Source: Bilabrum cf. latius (taxonomy: Eukaryota). Taken from it: a DNA stretch of 64,000 bases. This document shows positions 25,601-39,734 of the stretch, piece after piece. The notes under the pieces were generated by a model. It had not been told where the DNA came from, did not search any database, and was given only the letters and a program-made list of their open reading frames with translations. Each line of letters starts with the position of its first letter. Within the stretch, counting starts at the first letter, position 1. The translations under genes were made by a program, and so were the position numbers. Where the stretch lies: positions 124,001-188,000 of the forward strand of contig OZ237737.1 of NCBI GenBank assembly GCA_965178125.1, written 5' to 3'.

Positions 25601-28600
25601 GCAGCACATATGCAGAATCCACGGACTGTCCCTAGTCGAAAACTGGGTCCTCCTGCAGATCTGTAAGGGTGATCCTGACGGTCCGAGAGGCGGAAAGTGG
25701 CGTTGTGGGGTGGCTGTCAGTTGCCGTAACGATGGCCTCATACACATTGAACCTTCCGTTTCTAGGGCCCTCGAAGTCCACTCCACCCTCAGCTGCAGCC
25801 ACCTTGATGCGAGCTGTACCCACACCATCCGGGCCAGCACCTTCAACGGTCTCGATCTCGAAGGGGAACGGCCTGTTGACGTTGGGCCCACCCGGGCGAA
25901 GCGAGTACGTAAGCTTCTGGCCCTCGCTGCCATCAGCATCTGCGCCCATGACGATGCCGACCGGCGTACCCACGGCCGTGTTCTCCGCGAGGGAAAACGC
26001 GAAGGGTCCCGTGATGCTGGGCGGGAAGTTCTTGTCGACGACCTCGATCTCGACCCGGGTCACGAACGTGAGCTGAGGGCCGTCAATGCCTGCGTCAGTC
26101 ACCGACACGTTCAGCACATGCACAGGACCTGGGCCGTTCATGGGGTACACCAGCGCGCTTGTGGAGTTATCAACGACTTGAATCTGACCAGATGATGCAT
26201 CGATCGAGAATGTGTCGTCTGGGTTGGTCCTCAGGGACCACGTGTGGGTCTCACGCACGCCCGGTGCCATGAGGTCCTGGTCCCTGAGGTACTCCTGGGC
26301 GAGGGGGGGACCGACTTGGGTCGTGGTCTTGGCAGGGACGTACAGCCGAGGGATTGGCAGGAGTTCTGGCCTCTCGTTCCTGTTTGTCAGGCTAACGATG
26401 GCCCGGCATTGCCCCACCAGCCCGGCTGCGTCTGTCGCATTGATGGTCAAGTCGTATTCCTGCCTAGTCTCCAGGTCAAGCGAATCAGTCGCGACTTCGA
26501 TGAGTCCAGTAGCGGCTGCGATTGCAAAGGGCGAGACATCTCCGGCATCAGTGGCGGGCTGCCTCGCGATGCTCCACGTCAGCACATCGCCTTCGTCCAC
26601 GTCCCCTCCGCCCATCGTGCCGACCTCCTGGCCCTGAGGAGAGTTCTCGGCCACATCGAACACGGCATCCGTGCACCACGGTGCCTCGTTCTCGTCCAGA
26701 ACAAGCACTGTGACCGTCTCTTGATGCGTCAGGCGGTCCTCGATGCCATCCGCCGTGGCTCCCGAGTCGCGCACCCGCACCACCAACTCGAATCGGTCTA
26801 CTGCCTCGTGGTTCAGCTTGCTGGGGTCCGCCACGAAGATCTGACCAGAGCCAGTGTTTATATCAAAGGCACCGCTGGAGTCACCCCCAAGGACTTCGAA
26901 CTGAAGCTTGCCATCGGCCGTGGTGCCGTCCTCCGGGTCAGTCGCGTTGAGCGCGCCTCCCAGTACGGGGGCGCGCAGAGACGCCAGCTCGCCGATGCGG
27001 AGCTCCTGGGACGCCAAGAGGTTGGGCTTCTCGTTCGTGTCGAGCAGCTTGATCGTGATATTGACGTAGGCGCTCAGGCTAGGATCACCTCCGTCGTACG
27101 CCCGCACCAGCAGCACGTGCTCCGGTTTGGTCTCGTAGTCTAGGGCACTGGCACCTGCTTGCGTGAGCTGGATGGTGGCCCCGGTCTCTCCTTCGCCCAC
27201 CAGCTTGAACAAATCGTCCGGATCTCCGTCTTCGATGGCCCAGAACACCTTGCCTTCATCGCCAGCATCTTCATCGGCAGCTGAAAGCGCCACCCCGATC
27301 TACTCGTCGGCCTGGCGCGGTGTGCGCGGTGCATTCTCAGCGATGGTTAACGTCTGCTCCTCCGCAATCGGGGGCTCGTTCACATTCGTCACACGCACAT
27401 GCACATGCGCCTCTGCCTATAGCGCCTGCTCCCCCCGGCCGCCCTGGTCACTGACCCTGACGATGAGCTCGAACTGGTTGGCATCGCTGGACTCGTAGTT
27501 GAGCAACCCGCGGTCACCCCTCGCCACGCGCACCTGCCCGGTGAGCGGCTCGATCATGAAGACCTTGCGCGAGTCGCCTGCCACGATCGAGTACGTGAGG
27601 TTGTACCAGCCAGCCACGGTCTTGCCGACGATGTCCTCGTCATAGCCCTGCAGAGGGGACCCCACGGGCTCTCCCACGGGGGAGTTTTCCACCACCTCCA
27701 CCGTGGAACCGGTGAGCGAGGGGCGGTCGTTGACATCTAGAATCTCAATCTCAGTCGTGGCCTGGGTGCATAGCTAGGGGCGCCCGGTATCGCACACCTA
27801 GATGCGGGCCGTGTAGTTGCGCGTGGTTTCGAAATCAAGTAGAGTACCAGAGGCCACCTGGATCTGCCCGCTACACCTGTTGATCGTGAACAGTCCATCG
27901 GCTGAGCCGCCAACGATCGTGTAGATGAGATCTTGCCCAAAATCAGGATCATAGGCGGGGATCTCTGCCCCCACAGCGTCAGGAAATCCTGCATCCTCCC
28001 TGACCTCGCGCACCTGGTCCCAAACGATGGGAGGTTCGTTCACATCCAGCACCTGGAAGGTGACCTTGGTCTCGTCCTTGAGACCGCCTCCGTCGGTGAC
28101 CCGAAGGGTGGCGTCGTACCGGTTCTTGAACTCGAAGTCCAGCATGCCATCCGCAGCCACAGTCACCACGCCAGTCTCGTTGTTGATCGAGAAGATCGTG
28201 GTGGCGTTGGGAAAGTTCGATAGGCCGACCAGCTCGTACGACAGCGTGCCCCAGTCCTGGGGGTGCACCTCGGAGTCCGGATCCGAGGCGCGGAATGCTA
28301 CGCCCCCGCCCACCGGGCTGCCCGTGTCGGAGTTTTCCGCAACGGTGAGGACCTGTCCATTTGGAACGGTTGGGCGCTCGTTGACGTCCTCTACCATTAC
28401 CATGAACTGTGCAGTCTGAGACAGAGCTGGGTCCCCACTGTCCGTCACTGTGACCGTGAGCTGGTACGACGTGCCGTCCTCAAATGAGAGATACCCGCTG
28501 GCCTTGAGGCGCACCTGCCTATCCGTGCGACCGACCACGAACAGCTCAGAGGACCCTGCCAGATTGTTGGCTGTTCCCAGGGAGTACAATAGAGTCTGAT

Positions 28601-31600
28601 GAGCAAACAAGTCTGGATCAACTGCTGCGGCGAGCGTGCCAGCCAGGGTATCGACGGCAGAGTTCTCCTCGATGGTGAAGCAGCCTACCATCCCGACGGC
28701 CCCATTGCTGCACGTGACCGTGGACGGCCAGGTGGGCCTCTCGTTCTTGTCCCTGAAGGCGATCATGATGGTGCCGAAATCGGTGAGACCCTTGGGGTTG
28801 AGGTCGCCCACGTTGTTGTCCGTGACCTTCACCTCGAAGCCGAGGAACTGCTGCGTCTCGTAGTCTCCAGCGGTAGCCATGCTAATTGCGCCAGATCCGC
28901 CGACGAGCGCAATCCGCGAACCCACCGCATCTCTGCTCTCTGACGGCTCGAAACACACGCTCGTGAACCGAGTGCCCGCAAACGCAGACTTCATCAAGAC
29001 TTCCCGCACATCCAGCTTGGCGGTCGAGCTGTCCGTGGCACTGGCCACGATCTTGCTGCAGGCAGTCCCCGGCTCGTTGTCGGCTCGCAGCCCGATGGAC
29101 AGGGCGCCCGTCTGCCGGTTGGCAGTGGCGCACAGGTTGGCCAAAGTCCCGGTCTCGCCCGTCTCGCCTGTCACCACGTCCACCAGAGCGATGCCTGCGC
29201 CCGAGTTGGCGATGGCGCGGGTCACCAGGTCTGCGCACGAGCCATCGGACTCGCACCTGCGGATGCAGGCCTGGTTGCGACTGGACCCACAGCCCACCTC
29301 GAACTCGTACCTCGCTGCCGCGTTGGTCCCCGATCCTCCCACTCGCATAGCAAGCAGAGAAGAGCCCCTGGATGCAAGCCGGAACGTGGCAGTGACCTCG
29401 GCCTGCGAAGAGGCCGCATGCAGCCGAGCGCCACGCACTGCCACGAGAGTGTTGACCTCCTGGCTGGTCACCGTGTGCGCCCAGCAGTACTTGTCAGTCC
29501 TGGACAGAGCAAAGGCGTGTCCCTGGCCCACGTCCTCGTCGATGGCTGCTGCGGTCGTGACCTGCGCGTTGACGACGTTCTCATCTGTGGCAGCAGATAT
29601 ATCCTTTCCGAAGGGAGCGTCGTTGCCGTTCGACACAAGGACGGTGAGCTTGCCCGTGTCCTTGAGGCCTCCGTTGTCCTCTGCCTGGATCGTCAGCTGG
29701 TAGCTGCTCGTGTCTTCAAAGTTCAGCTTCGTCGCATCGGCGATCGTGATGTTTCCAGCGTGGGCATCGATTGCAAACGCACCGGCGGTGTTGCCCTCAG
29801 TGATCGAGTACGCAATGGAGTCGCCGGCATCCACGTCAATTCCCGCCACCTGTCCTCCAAAGGTCCCACTCGCATCATTCTCGTTAAATTCGAAGGTTCC
29901 CAAGTTGTTCTCTAGCTCAGGGGCCTCATTGACGTCCGTGATCGTGATTTCTGCATTGCAGGTCCCTTTGAGTCGGCCGGCGCCGTCATCCTCAACCTGT
30001 ACCGTGAGGTTGAACACGCCCCTGGTCTCATGGTCCAGCACCGCCTTGGCTAGGGAGATCTTGCCGTTTGTGGCTCCGATCTGGAATGTAGAATCCACAT
30101 TGTCCCCGACAATGGACCAACGGTGCTTGTCGCCGGTGTCGCGGTCTGACACCTGGAGCCCTGTCGAAGGTGTGGTTGCGGTGCCCACCGGCGAGTTCTC
30201 TGCAATCGTGAAGGCCTGAAAGAAGCATCTTGGCTTGAAATTTGAATCTGTGACCCGCAGCGTGACTTGTACAGACGCCGACAGGCCGCCCCCGTCGGTC
30301 GCAGTCACCGTGACCCGGGTGGCTCCAGTCGATGTGGGTTGCTCATTGAGCCAAACGGTACCACCCTGAGACATTCGAAACATGCTACCAGTGTATGACC
30401 ACGTGAACAGCACGGCATCACCGTCGGGATCAGACGCCGTGATCGTGCCAATCTCGGTCCCATTGCCATACTGCTCTGAGATCGAGAGCTCCTGGGATGC
30501 AATCGTCGGCTGCTCGTTAGCATTCGTCACGATGACAGTGACGGCCGCGGTATGACTGAGCGAGTCCTCGTCAGTCACTTTGACCTCGAACACGAACTGG
30601 CTGGCAGACTCGAAATCGGGAGAGAACCCAGGTGCCAGTGTGAGGGATCCGGCATTCGAGATGCGGAAATTGCGGGCAGCGGAGGACTGCACGAGACTGA
30701 AGGCCAGCTGCGTCGAGTCCTCGTCAAGTGTCTGCACCGAACCGATGCTGCCGATGCTAGCATGCGAATTCTCCTCCACTGCAAACGTCTGACCAGACAT
30801 CACCACTGGCGGTTCTGGCTGGTTCCGCACGTTGATCGTATACGTGGCGATGTCGGACAGCCCGAAGCTATCCGTCACTTTGACAGAAAGGCTGTGCCTG
30901 GACTCCGCTTCGTGATCGAGGGCCCGAACCAGGCTCAGCACACCGGCCGTAGACATCTTGAAGAGGCCTTCATCGTTGCCTCCTTCGATCGAAAAGAAGA
31001 ACGTCTGCCCCTCCACACCGTCGGGGTCGGAGAGTCCAGACGACAGCGCGGGCGCAATGATTGCGTCCGCGTCGTTCTCGTCCACAGTGGCGCTCATATC
31101 GCTCAGCACAGGGGCCTCGTTGACGTCGTCGACCTTCACGGTCACCGTGCCTTCTCCGCTCTTGGCGGTCGTGTGTCCCGTGATGCCGCTGTCGGTGGCC
31201 CGCACGACCAGACTGTACAATTCCCTAGTCTCGTGATCGAGCGCCTTGCCAGGCGCCAGGGTGACTGCGCCGGTGCTGCTGTCGATGGCAAAAGCAAACC
31301 CAACATTCCCACTCACAATAGAAAACTGCAACGTGCTGATAACATCCTCATCGTCAGCCTGTACCGTGCCAGCCGCGTCTCCAGGGCTCGCGTCTTCCGC
31401 CAGAAACAGGATCTGATGCTCGACTAGCGCCGGGGCATCATTCCTGTTGATAGTCGTCACGGTGGCAGCCTGCTCTGCACAGAACTCGGCGTCGCACGCC
31501 TTGATGCGGAACGAACGCACCTGCAGCTCGGGCTCCTCGAAGTTGAAGTGCAACGGCTTGGCCACGGTAAGAGCCCCGGTGCGCGCGTCGATCGCGATCG

Positions 31601-34474
31601 CGGCCTGGTCGTCACCCAGGATCGAGTAGGTGAGCCTGTCGCCATCGGGATCCACCCCACCGGCAGACGACGGCCGGAAGGCGCCACCTACGCCCGCATC
31701 CTCGTAAACTTCGAATGAGTAGTCTCCGGCGGGAGGGAACGTGGGTGCCTCGTTCCGGTTTGCCACGGTGACCCGCACGGTAGTCTCAGTGGACATCGCC
31801 GGGGCCCCAGTGTCTGTCGCCCGAACGCGGAGCGTGTACGAGTTTGTCCCTTCGTGGTCCAGCGGTTTGGTCGTGTAGATCTGCCCGGAGCAGGAGCCGA
31901 TCCGGAAGCTGTTCCCCAAGTTGCCGCTGACGATGGCGTACTGGAGCTCCTGTCCGCGATCGGGGTCGGTCGCGGTGATGGGCAGCCCTGCCTGCGTGTC
32001 TGTGGGCATGTCTTCCTGCACGACCCTGCTGTAAGAGGAGGAGCCAAAGGAGGGTCGCTCGTTCACGTCCTTGGTTTCGATGTCCATCGTGCATGTAGAC
32101 GCGTCTGCGCCCCGCCAGCGGTAGGCCACCACAACCTTGTAGCCCGTGCACCGCTCGGCAGACAGGCCGCTCGAGATGGAGCTCTTGAGACGGACGCGTC
32201 CGTCACTCAGAACCTCGTACGGGGCGGAATGAGTGCATCCGCTCGCATCCGGAAACCTGGTCTGGGAGGCGATCCTGTAGGCGCCCCCACTGAGCCCGTC
32301 GAGGTTCACACGAACAGCCACGGCGCTCCGGGCGTTCTCGTTCACGTGCGCCCTGCGCGTGCCGCTTGCGCTGCACACGCTATCGATCCACCCGAATAGC
32401 GGAGTCTTGACTCCACCCGTGCACGAGTGTGCCAGGGGGCAGTCGCACGCGTGTGTGCGTCGGTCTGCGTTCGATAGAGTGGGCTCTTGCCCCGGGATGC
32501 AGCTGAACTTCCCCGCAGGGACGGTCAGCGGGCTCCCTCGACCGCTGGGACAGTAGTACTTCTAGTCCCCGCACCTCCGTGGGCACGACGACGTGGATCC
32601 AGCAGGGCAGTAGCACCCGGCCTGGCACTGTCCGGAGCAATCGCTGGACCTGTATCCGCCCGTTCCTGACCGCCACCTCCCAGCAGGGCACGCATGCCGG
32701 ATGCCAGAGACGCAGTAGTGGCCGGCAGGGCATCTCGTCGCGCCAGTGCGGGGAGTGCTGCTGCTGGTGTCGGGGGAGGCATACCACCCCTGCCCGGGGA
32801 CCCGCTGGTGGATGCAGTCGTGCCCCGTGTTGGGGCAGTACCTGCCAGGCCCGCACGCCCTGTGGCCCCGACTGGTAGTGGCCCCTGCGTTGCCGCAGTA
32901 ACCGCGTGCCACGGCTCCCGGGCAGGTACTCGACCCTGACCCGCCTGATGAGTACCTGCCTGGTCGACAGAGCCTCCCCGAGGGCCGGTTGGTCGTGGAC
33001 CCGGAGGGGCAGTAGTAGCCTGCAGCACACGCCCCCGTGCACGTGGACGATCGCTGGATGGTGGAGCTGCCGTATCGGCCGGCAGGACACGGCTGCCTGG
33101 TGCTGGCTCCGGTGCTGCTCACATAGTGGCCCGTTCCCGACACGCGGCAGCTCGTCTGTCGGTTGCTGGGCTGGTAGTACCCCGAGGAGCACCGCGTGCA
33201 TGCCCTTGCCCTGCTCCACCCGGATCGGAAGTGGCCCCGTCCGCAGTCTAGGCACCGATTCGAGTTATCTGCGGCATGAGTAGGGCGACGTGGGGCTTAA
33301 CAAATGCCTCGAGACACTAGGTTGGTGCAGAGGCATCGGTGGCTTCGGCAATCGCGACGGGGTGCTAGGGGAGTGCTCACAGTGATGGTATTTTGCGCTG
33401 GGGCACTGCCAATAGACGTAAACACTGACTGCGGTTATAGAGAGATCGCAATTCAAGGCCAGGGACCTGTCGTAGGCAATCCTCATGTTGGATGCCGATG
33501 CCTCTGTGTGATGATGATACCAGCGCATGAGCACAGATGAATCAAGAATCTTGGAGTCTCACATCCAGTACTTCCCCTGTGTCCGCGGCAACCCCTGAGA
33601 AAATAAAGTTGTTCGTGATACTTCAGAGGCGCTCAAACACGGTGCATCAGATCCAGTTTCAAACAAGTTTACGAATCGTGAGGCTGCAACTAGATGCACC
33701 GCAGGCCGAGAGCCTTTCTTGCGGCAACAAAGGCGAACTGAATCTTACCAGAAATTACACCTGTAGTCGTGCCTGTTACTTCTAAAGTATACCCCAAAGA
33801 TGGAACCGGTGAACTCCCCATTACGTGGCTTCGACGAGGAGCGGCCCGTACCACAGTACCTTGTCGAACTGAAGGAAGAGCTTGTAGTTCGAAGCTACAC
33901 GTAATCAGTTCTGCACGATGATGACGACGTCAGCTCAAAGTAGTCCCAGCTATACCAAATGCGCGAGCCAGTCGGTGCGTACGTATCTGCGGGTGAACAA
34001 AGTGGTCAAAGGCTTGTTGCATAGTGCGAATCTGAGACTTTTAAGCTGATGTTATTAGAAAGAGATATATTTTGATTATCTGACACCAGTAACAGCTGCG
34101 CAACTGCCTGCGATAGTAAGATATTGAGAACTGGGCGTCCACAACAGGAGCGAATGGACGTATGATTCCACATTCGCAGCTTTGTGGTAGACTTTGAGTC
34201 ACCAGATATTTGAAAAAAAGGCCACTCACGAGTATCTAGACGATCGTGGAGTCCCGTCCGTGAATCTGCGGAGCGAGCGTTCGACCAGGATGGAGAAAAT
34301 AAGGTACTTGCGCGGTGGCTGGCTCTTGCAGGGCTACCATGACCTTATCCTGCCTTACCTGGTCCAACCGGTCGAGCGAATATGGTAAGAACGTGTTCCT
34401 GAACAGTTACCTTGTGCACGGTAACAGACTAAGCTGGCCAAGCATGCAAATATTGCCACCGCTGGAATCCGCAT
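16632..34474 (-). CDS. giant cell-surface cadherin-domain protein (~5,709 aa): signal peptide, CUB, Cys-rich repeats, ~20 cadherin repeats, multiple IPT/TIG repeats, 9 TM helices (nonagonal-cadherin-like)
   Basis: Fifteen ORF fragments from 33143 to 16632 lie in one frame and are separated only by TAG. LDHE/LDYE, DxD and DVNExP cadherin motifs, G.NFG IPT motifs and nine hydrophobic segments are present. Six upstream exons are inferred (34474-34359, 34265-34230, 34107-34085, 33986-33749, 33594-33563, 33428-33381), followed by a 16.6-kb exon 33268-16632. TAA stop. Confidence 0.85.
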
Positions 34475-35030
34475 CCTGCGACATCTTGAATCACGCATGG
34501 AGCCACCAGGGCTTGTTGCGTTGCTCAATCAGAGCAACGAGGCAGCAACTTCAAAGAAATCAGGCGAATATATCAAACACGAAAGAGTTCTGGGAAAAGA
34601 AAGCGGGCGTTGCTGTCTGGAGGGCTGACGCCCACACTTCCCACCAATAGGCAAAAGCGGACGCAGAATTACGGATCGAGGTCCTCTCAGCAACGGACGC
34701 CAAAGCATGGGAATCATTACAATGGAGAAATTAAACTTGTGGAACAGCTGATCTCGTGCACGGGTTTTCCTCACCAGACTGCAGCGAATGTGTGGGGAAA
34801 CCCACGCGATGTCGGTCGGCGCGTGGCGCCGGCGGCTGCGGCAGCAATGGTCGCACCTTGAAAAGTAGGGTCGCATCGGATATGGCTCGGCGCTTGCCGA
34901 GCGCATTGCAACGCAAACACAGAGATTGATCTTCCAACAATCACAAACATGCAGCCGCTGGGATGCGGCTTCGTTCATTCGGGTCATCGAGCATAACCCA
35001 AGACGGCAGGCCTTGCATGGCAATCTCCCC

Positions 35031-37475
<2,445 letters not shown>

Positions 37476-37591
37476 GGCTGTAATGGACCACTCATTTGAG
37501 AAATGAGTTGATTCGCTGCGATTCGCCAGCGAACTTCCGGAAAGAGCTTGTGGACACGCTTAATTTTTTTTTACAGACTACCCGGCAAGTA

Positions 37592-38579
37592 ATGGCTCGC
37601 TCAGCACCTACAGGGAAGCGATAGTACTTCGTGCAAGCGATTCAGTGCTTGTCTCGAGAGGTAAGTGCCTCTCACACCTTGTCGCCACACTCACAATAGG
37701 TCGCAGCTGCAGTGTTTTCGCCGTCTTGGTTGCACCTCAAAACACGTCGTCGCAGAACGACATTCTGTTCGAGTGGTAGAGCCCCGACCTTGACGAAAGC
37801 GCCGCCGACGGCGTACAAGCAGCACTTGAAATCGCGTTGGATACCATCGAAGAGAAGAGTGAGGAGATCCACCTGCAGCACGCCGGGGCAAGAAATCGCG
37901 ACGATCACTCATTAGTCCAAGTGTTTAATTTAGTTGCTCGATTGCAGTCGGAGGCGGTCATGGGCCAACGTTAGAACGTGCAAAGGGGGACCCGTACCTT
38001 GGGCTGCTAGCCACAGCAGATGGCACCCGGGTGTACGGCCGAGCGGGGAGCACGAGGACAGTGCTTGTCGCAGCCAAGGACGCAAACATTGATGCAAAGC
38101 TGATGAGAGACGTAAGATAGCGATTACTGCATGCGCAATCGTCTCGACACCCTGAGAGGTGCACAGCAACGACACGCCAGGCAAGAAGCTGGCAAGAAGC
38201 TGGCAAATATAAATACTTGCAAAAGCATGCCATCAATTACCGCCCACCCCCCCATTCCACCCTTCATCCCACCATGCAGTGCACGGACGCCATCCACGTG
38301 GCATACGTGGAGGCCCTCTGCAATCCTTTCCTCTCGAGTGGCGGCGTCATGCTCGCACCCCCACTGGCAACCGGCTCACCATCTCCCGCCGATCCCAGCA
38401 GATCTACTGGCGGCGATGGCAGCGCCACTGGAATCGAGGGATCTAAGCTGCTGCGCCAGCGAATCGCAGCCATAGCCGCACTGACCGCCCCGGGGTCTTC
38501 GCTATCCGGCGGTAGGGCGGTAGGGTCGAACGGCAGCTCAGGGCCTGGGTCACCAGGGCCCAGGGCCAGGGGGCGATGA
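37592..38579 (+). CDS. TRAPPC2L: sedlin-family TRAPP complex subunit (TRAPPC2L-like), three introns
   Basis: Spliced product includes 'ALDTIEEK', 'DPYLGLLATADGTRVYG' and 'IHVAYVEALCNPF'. GTAAG/GTGAG...GCAG introns. Two in-frame TAGs in exons 1-2. TGA stop. Confidence 0.75.
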
Positions 38580-39104
38580 CGATGACGACTGCTGGCCGGT
38601 GCGGCAATAGATATAGGCCAATCGGCAAGGCTAGTCCCAGCCCCAGCCCCAGCGCGGTAGACTTGCATCTGATCTGGAACGTTCCAGGACCGCCCCGCAA
38701 CAATGGCACCGCTGGCAGTGGCATGCACGCAGGCGCTGGTGCTCTGGCCACTGGCATGCGAGACGCTCAGTGCATGGCGCAGCGACGATGCATCCGTCAT
38801 TCTTGCAGGTAACTCCATGGCTGCAGCGGCGATCCCCCATTGGCAACTGGAGAGAGCGAGCACACGCCTCGCAGGCAGTGGGCGCCTGCCCGAAATGCGC
38901 CCTTACCGCGCCAACCGAGCCGCCGAATTGGACGAGGCGCGATATAGGAACTTGGGCAGCGCCTATCGACCGGGTTCTTCCACAGGAATCTGGTGCTGGG
39001 CAGCTCTGAACGAGAAAAGTAGACTCGGGTCGGAAGGCGGCGGCTTGGGGCAGTACTTGCGGGCTGTGCTTCCCGGATGCAGCGAGCTTGAGGACGGCGC
39101 ATCA

Positions 39105-39609
39105 TCAATTTTCATTCCACCGATGCCCGCACTTCGTGCACTTGTAGAAAGTGGTCGACGGCTCGTCAGCCGACCGAATCTAAATCTGCATGTAGTACGC
39201 TCGTCCGTTATGACACTCGGAACACCTTGCTGCGAATCGAAACCACAGAATCCTAGAAGCATAGTGTACGGTTCGTAACAGATATGGCCTTGTAGCGCTA
39301 ATCCTACGGATTTCTCACCATCGGTCTGGTCGACGTTCTTCCATGCATCGGCCCCTCCTAGGACATCATCGACCTTCTTTGCCTCCAGTACCACTGTTTT
39401 CTCCACTTTCATGCCCCCAATAAGTTTCTGGTGATATGGACAGGCCGTGCAGCAGTAGCTAGACACTTCCTGTGATGTTAAAAATATGCGCGGTGAGCAG
39501 GGTTATCGCTGGTGCATCAGGTAGCGGCGACTGCAAGTCACAGTAAGCCCGCAGCACTCACATGATGGGCCACGACCAATAGATTTCCGCACCAGGGGCA
39601 GAACAGCAT
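39105..39609 (-). CDS. POLR3K: RNA polymerase III subunit RPC10 (C11), 107 aa; exons 39609-39562, 39469-39319, 39229-39105
   Basis: MLFCPWCGNLL...CTACPY...VDDVLGGADAWKNVDQT...CSECHNGRAYYMQI*IRSADEPSTTFYKCTKCGHRWNEN, then TGA. The * is TAG 39180-39182. Confidence 0.95.
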
Positions 39610-39734
39610 CGTGGACTGGCGACGGAGTGGGCTCTGGTCACGGAGCTGCCGGAGGGCCTCTCCTTGCGGAACCGGCAGTGTGGATCGATCCGGCCTTGAG
39701 AATGCAGGGGCTCAATCGTTAGTCTCGGCGAAGA

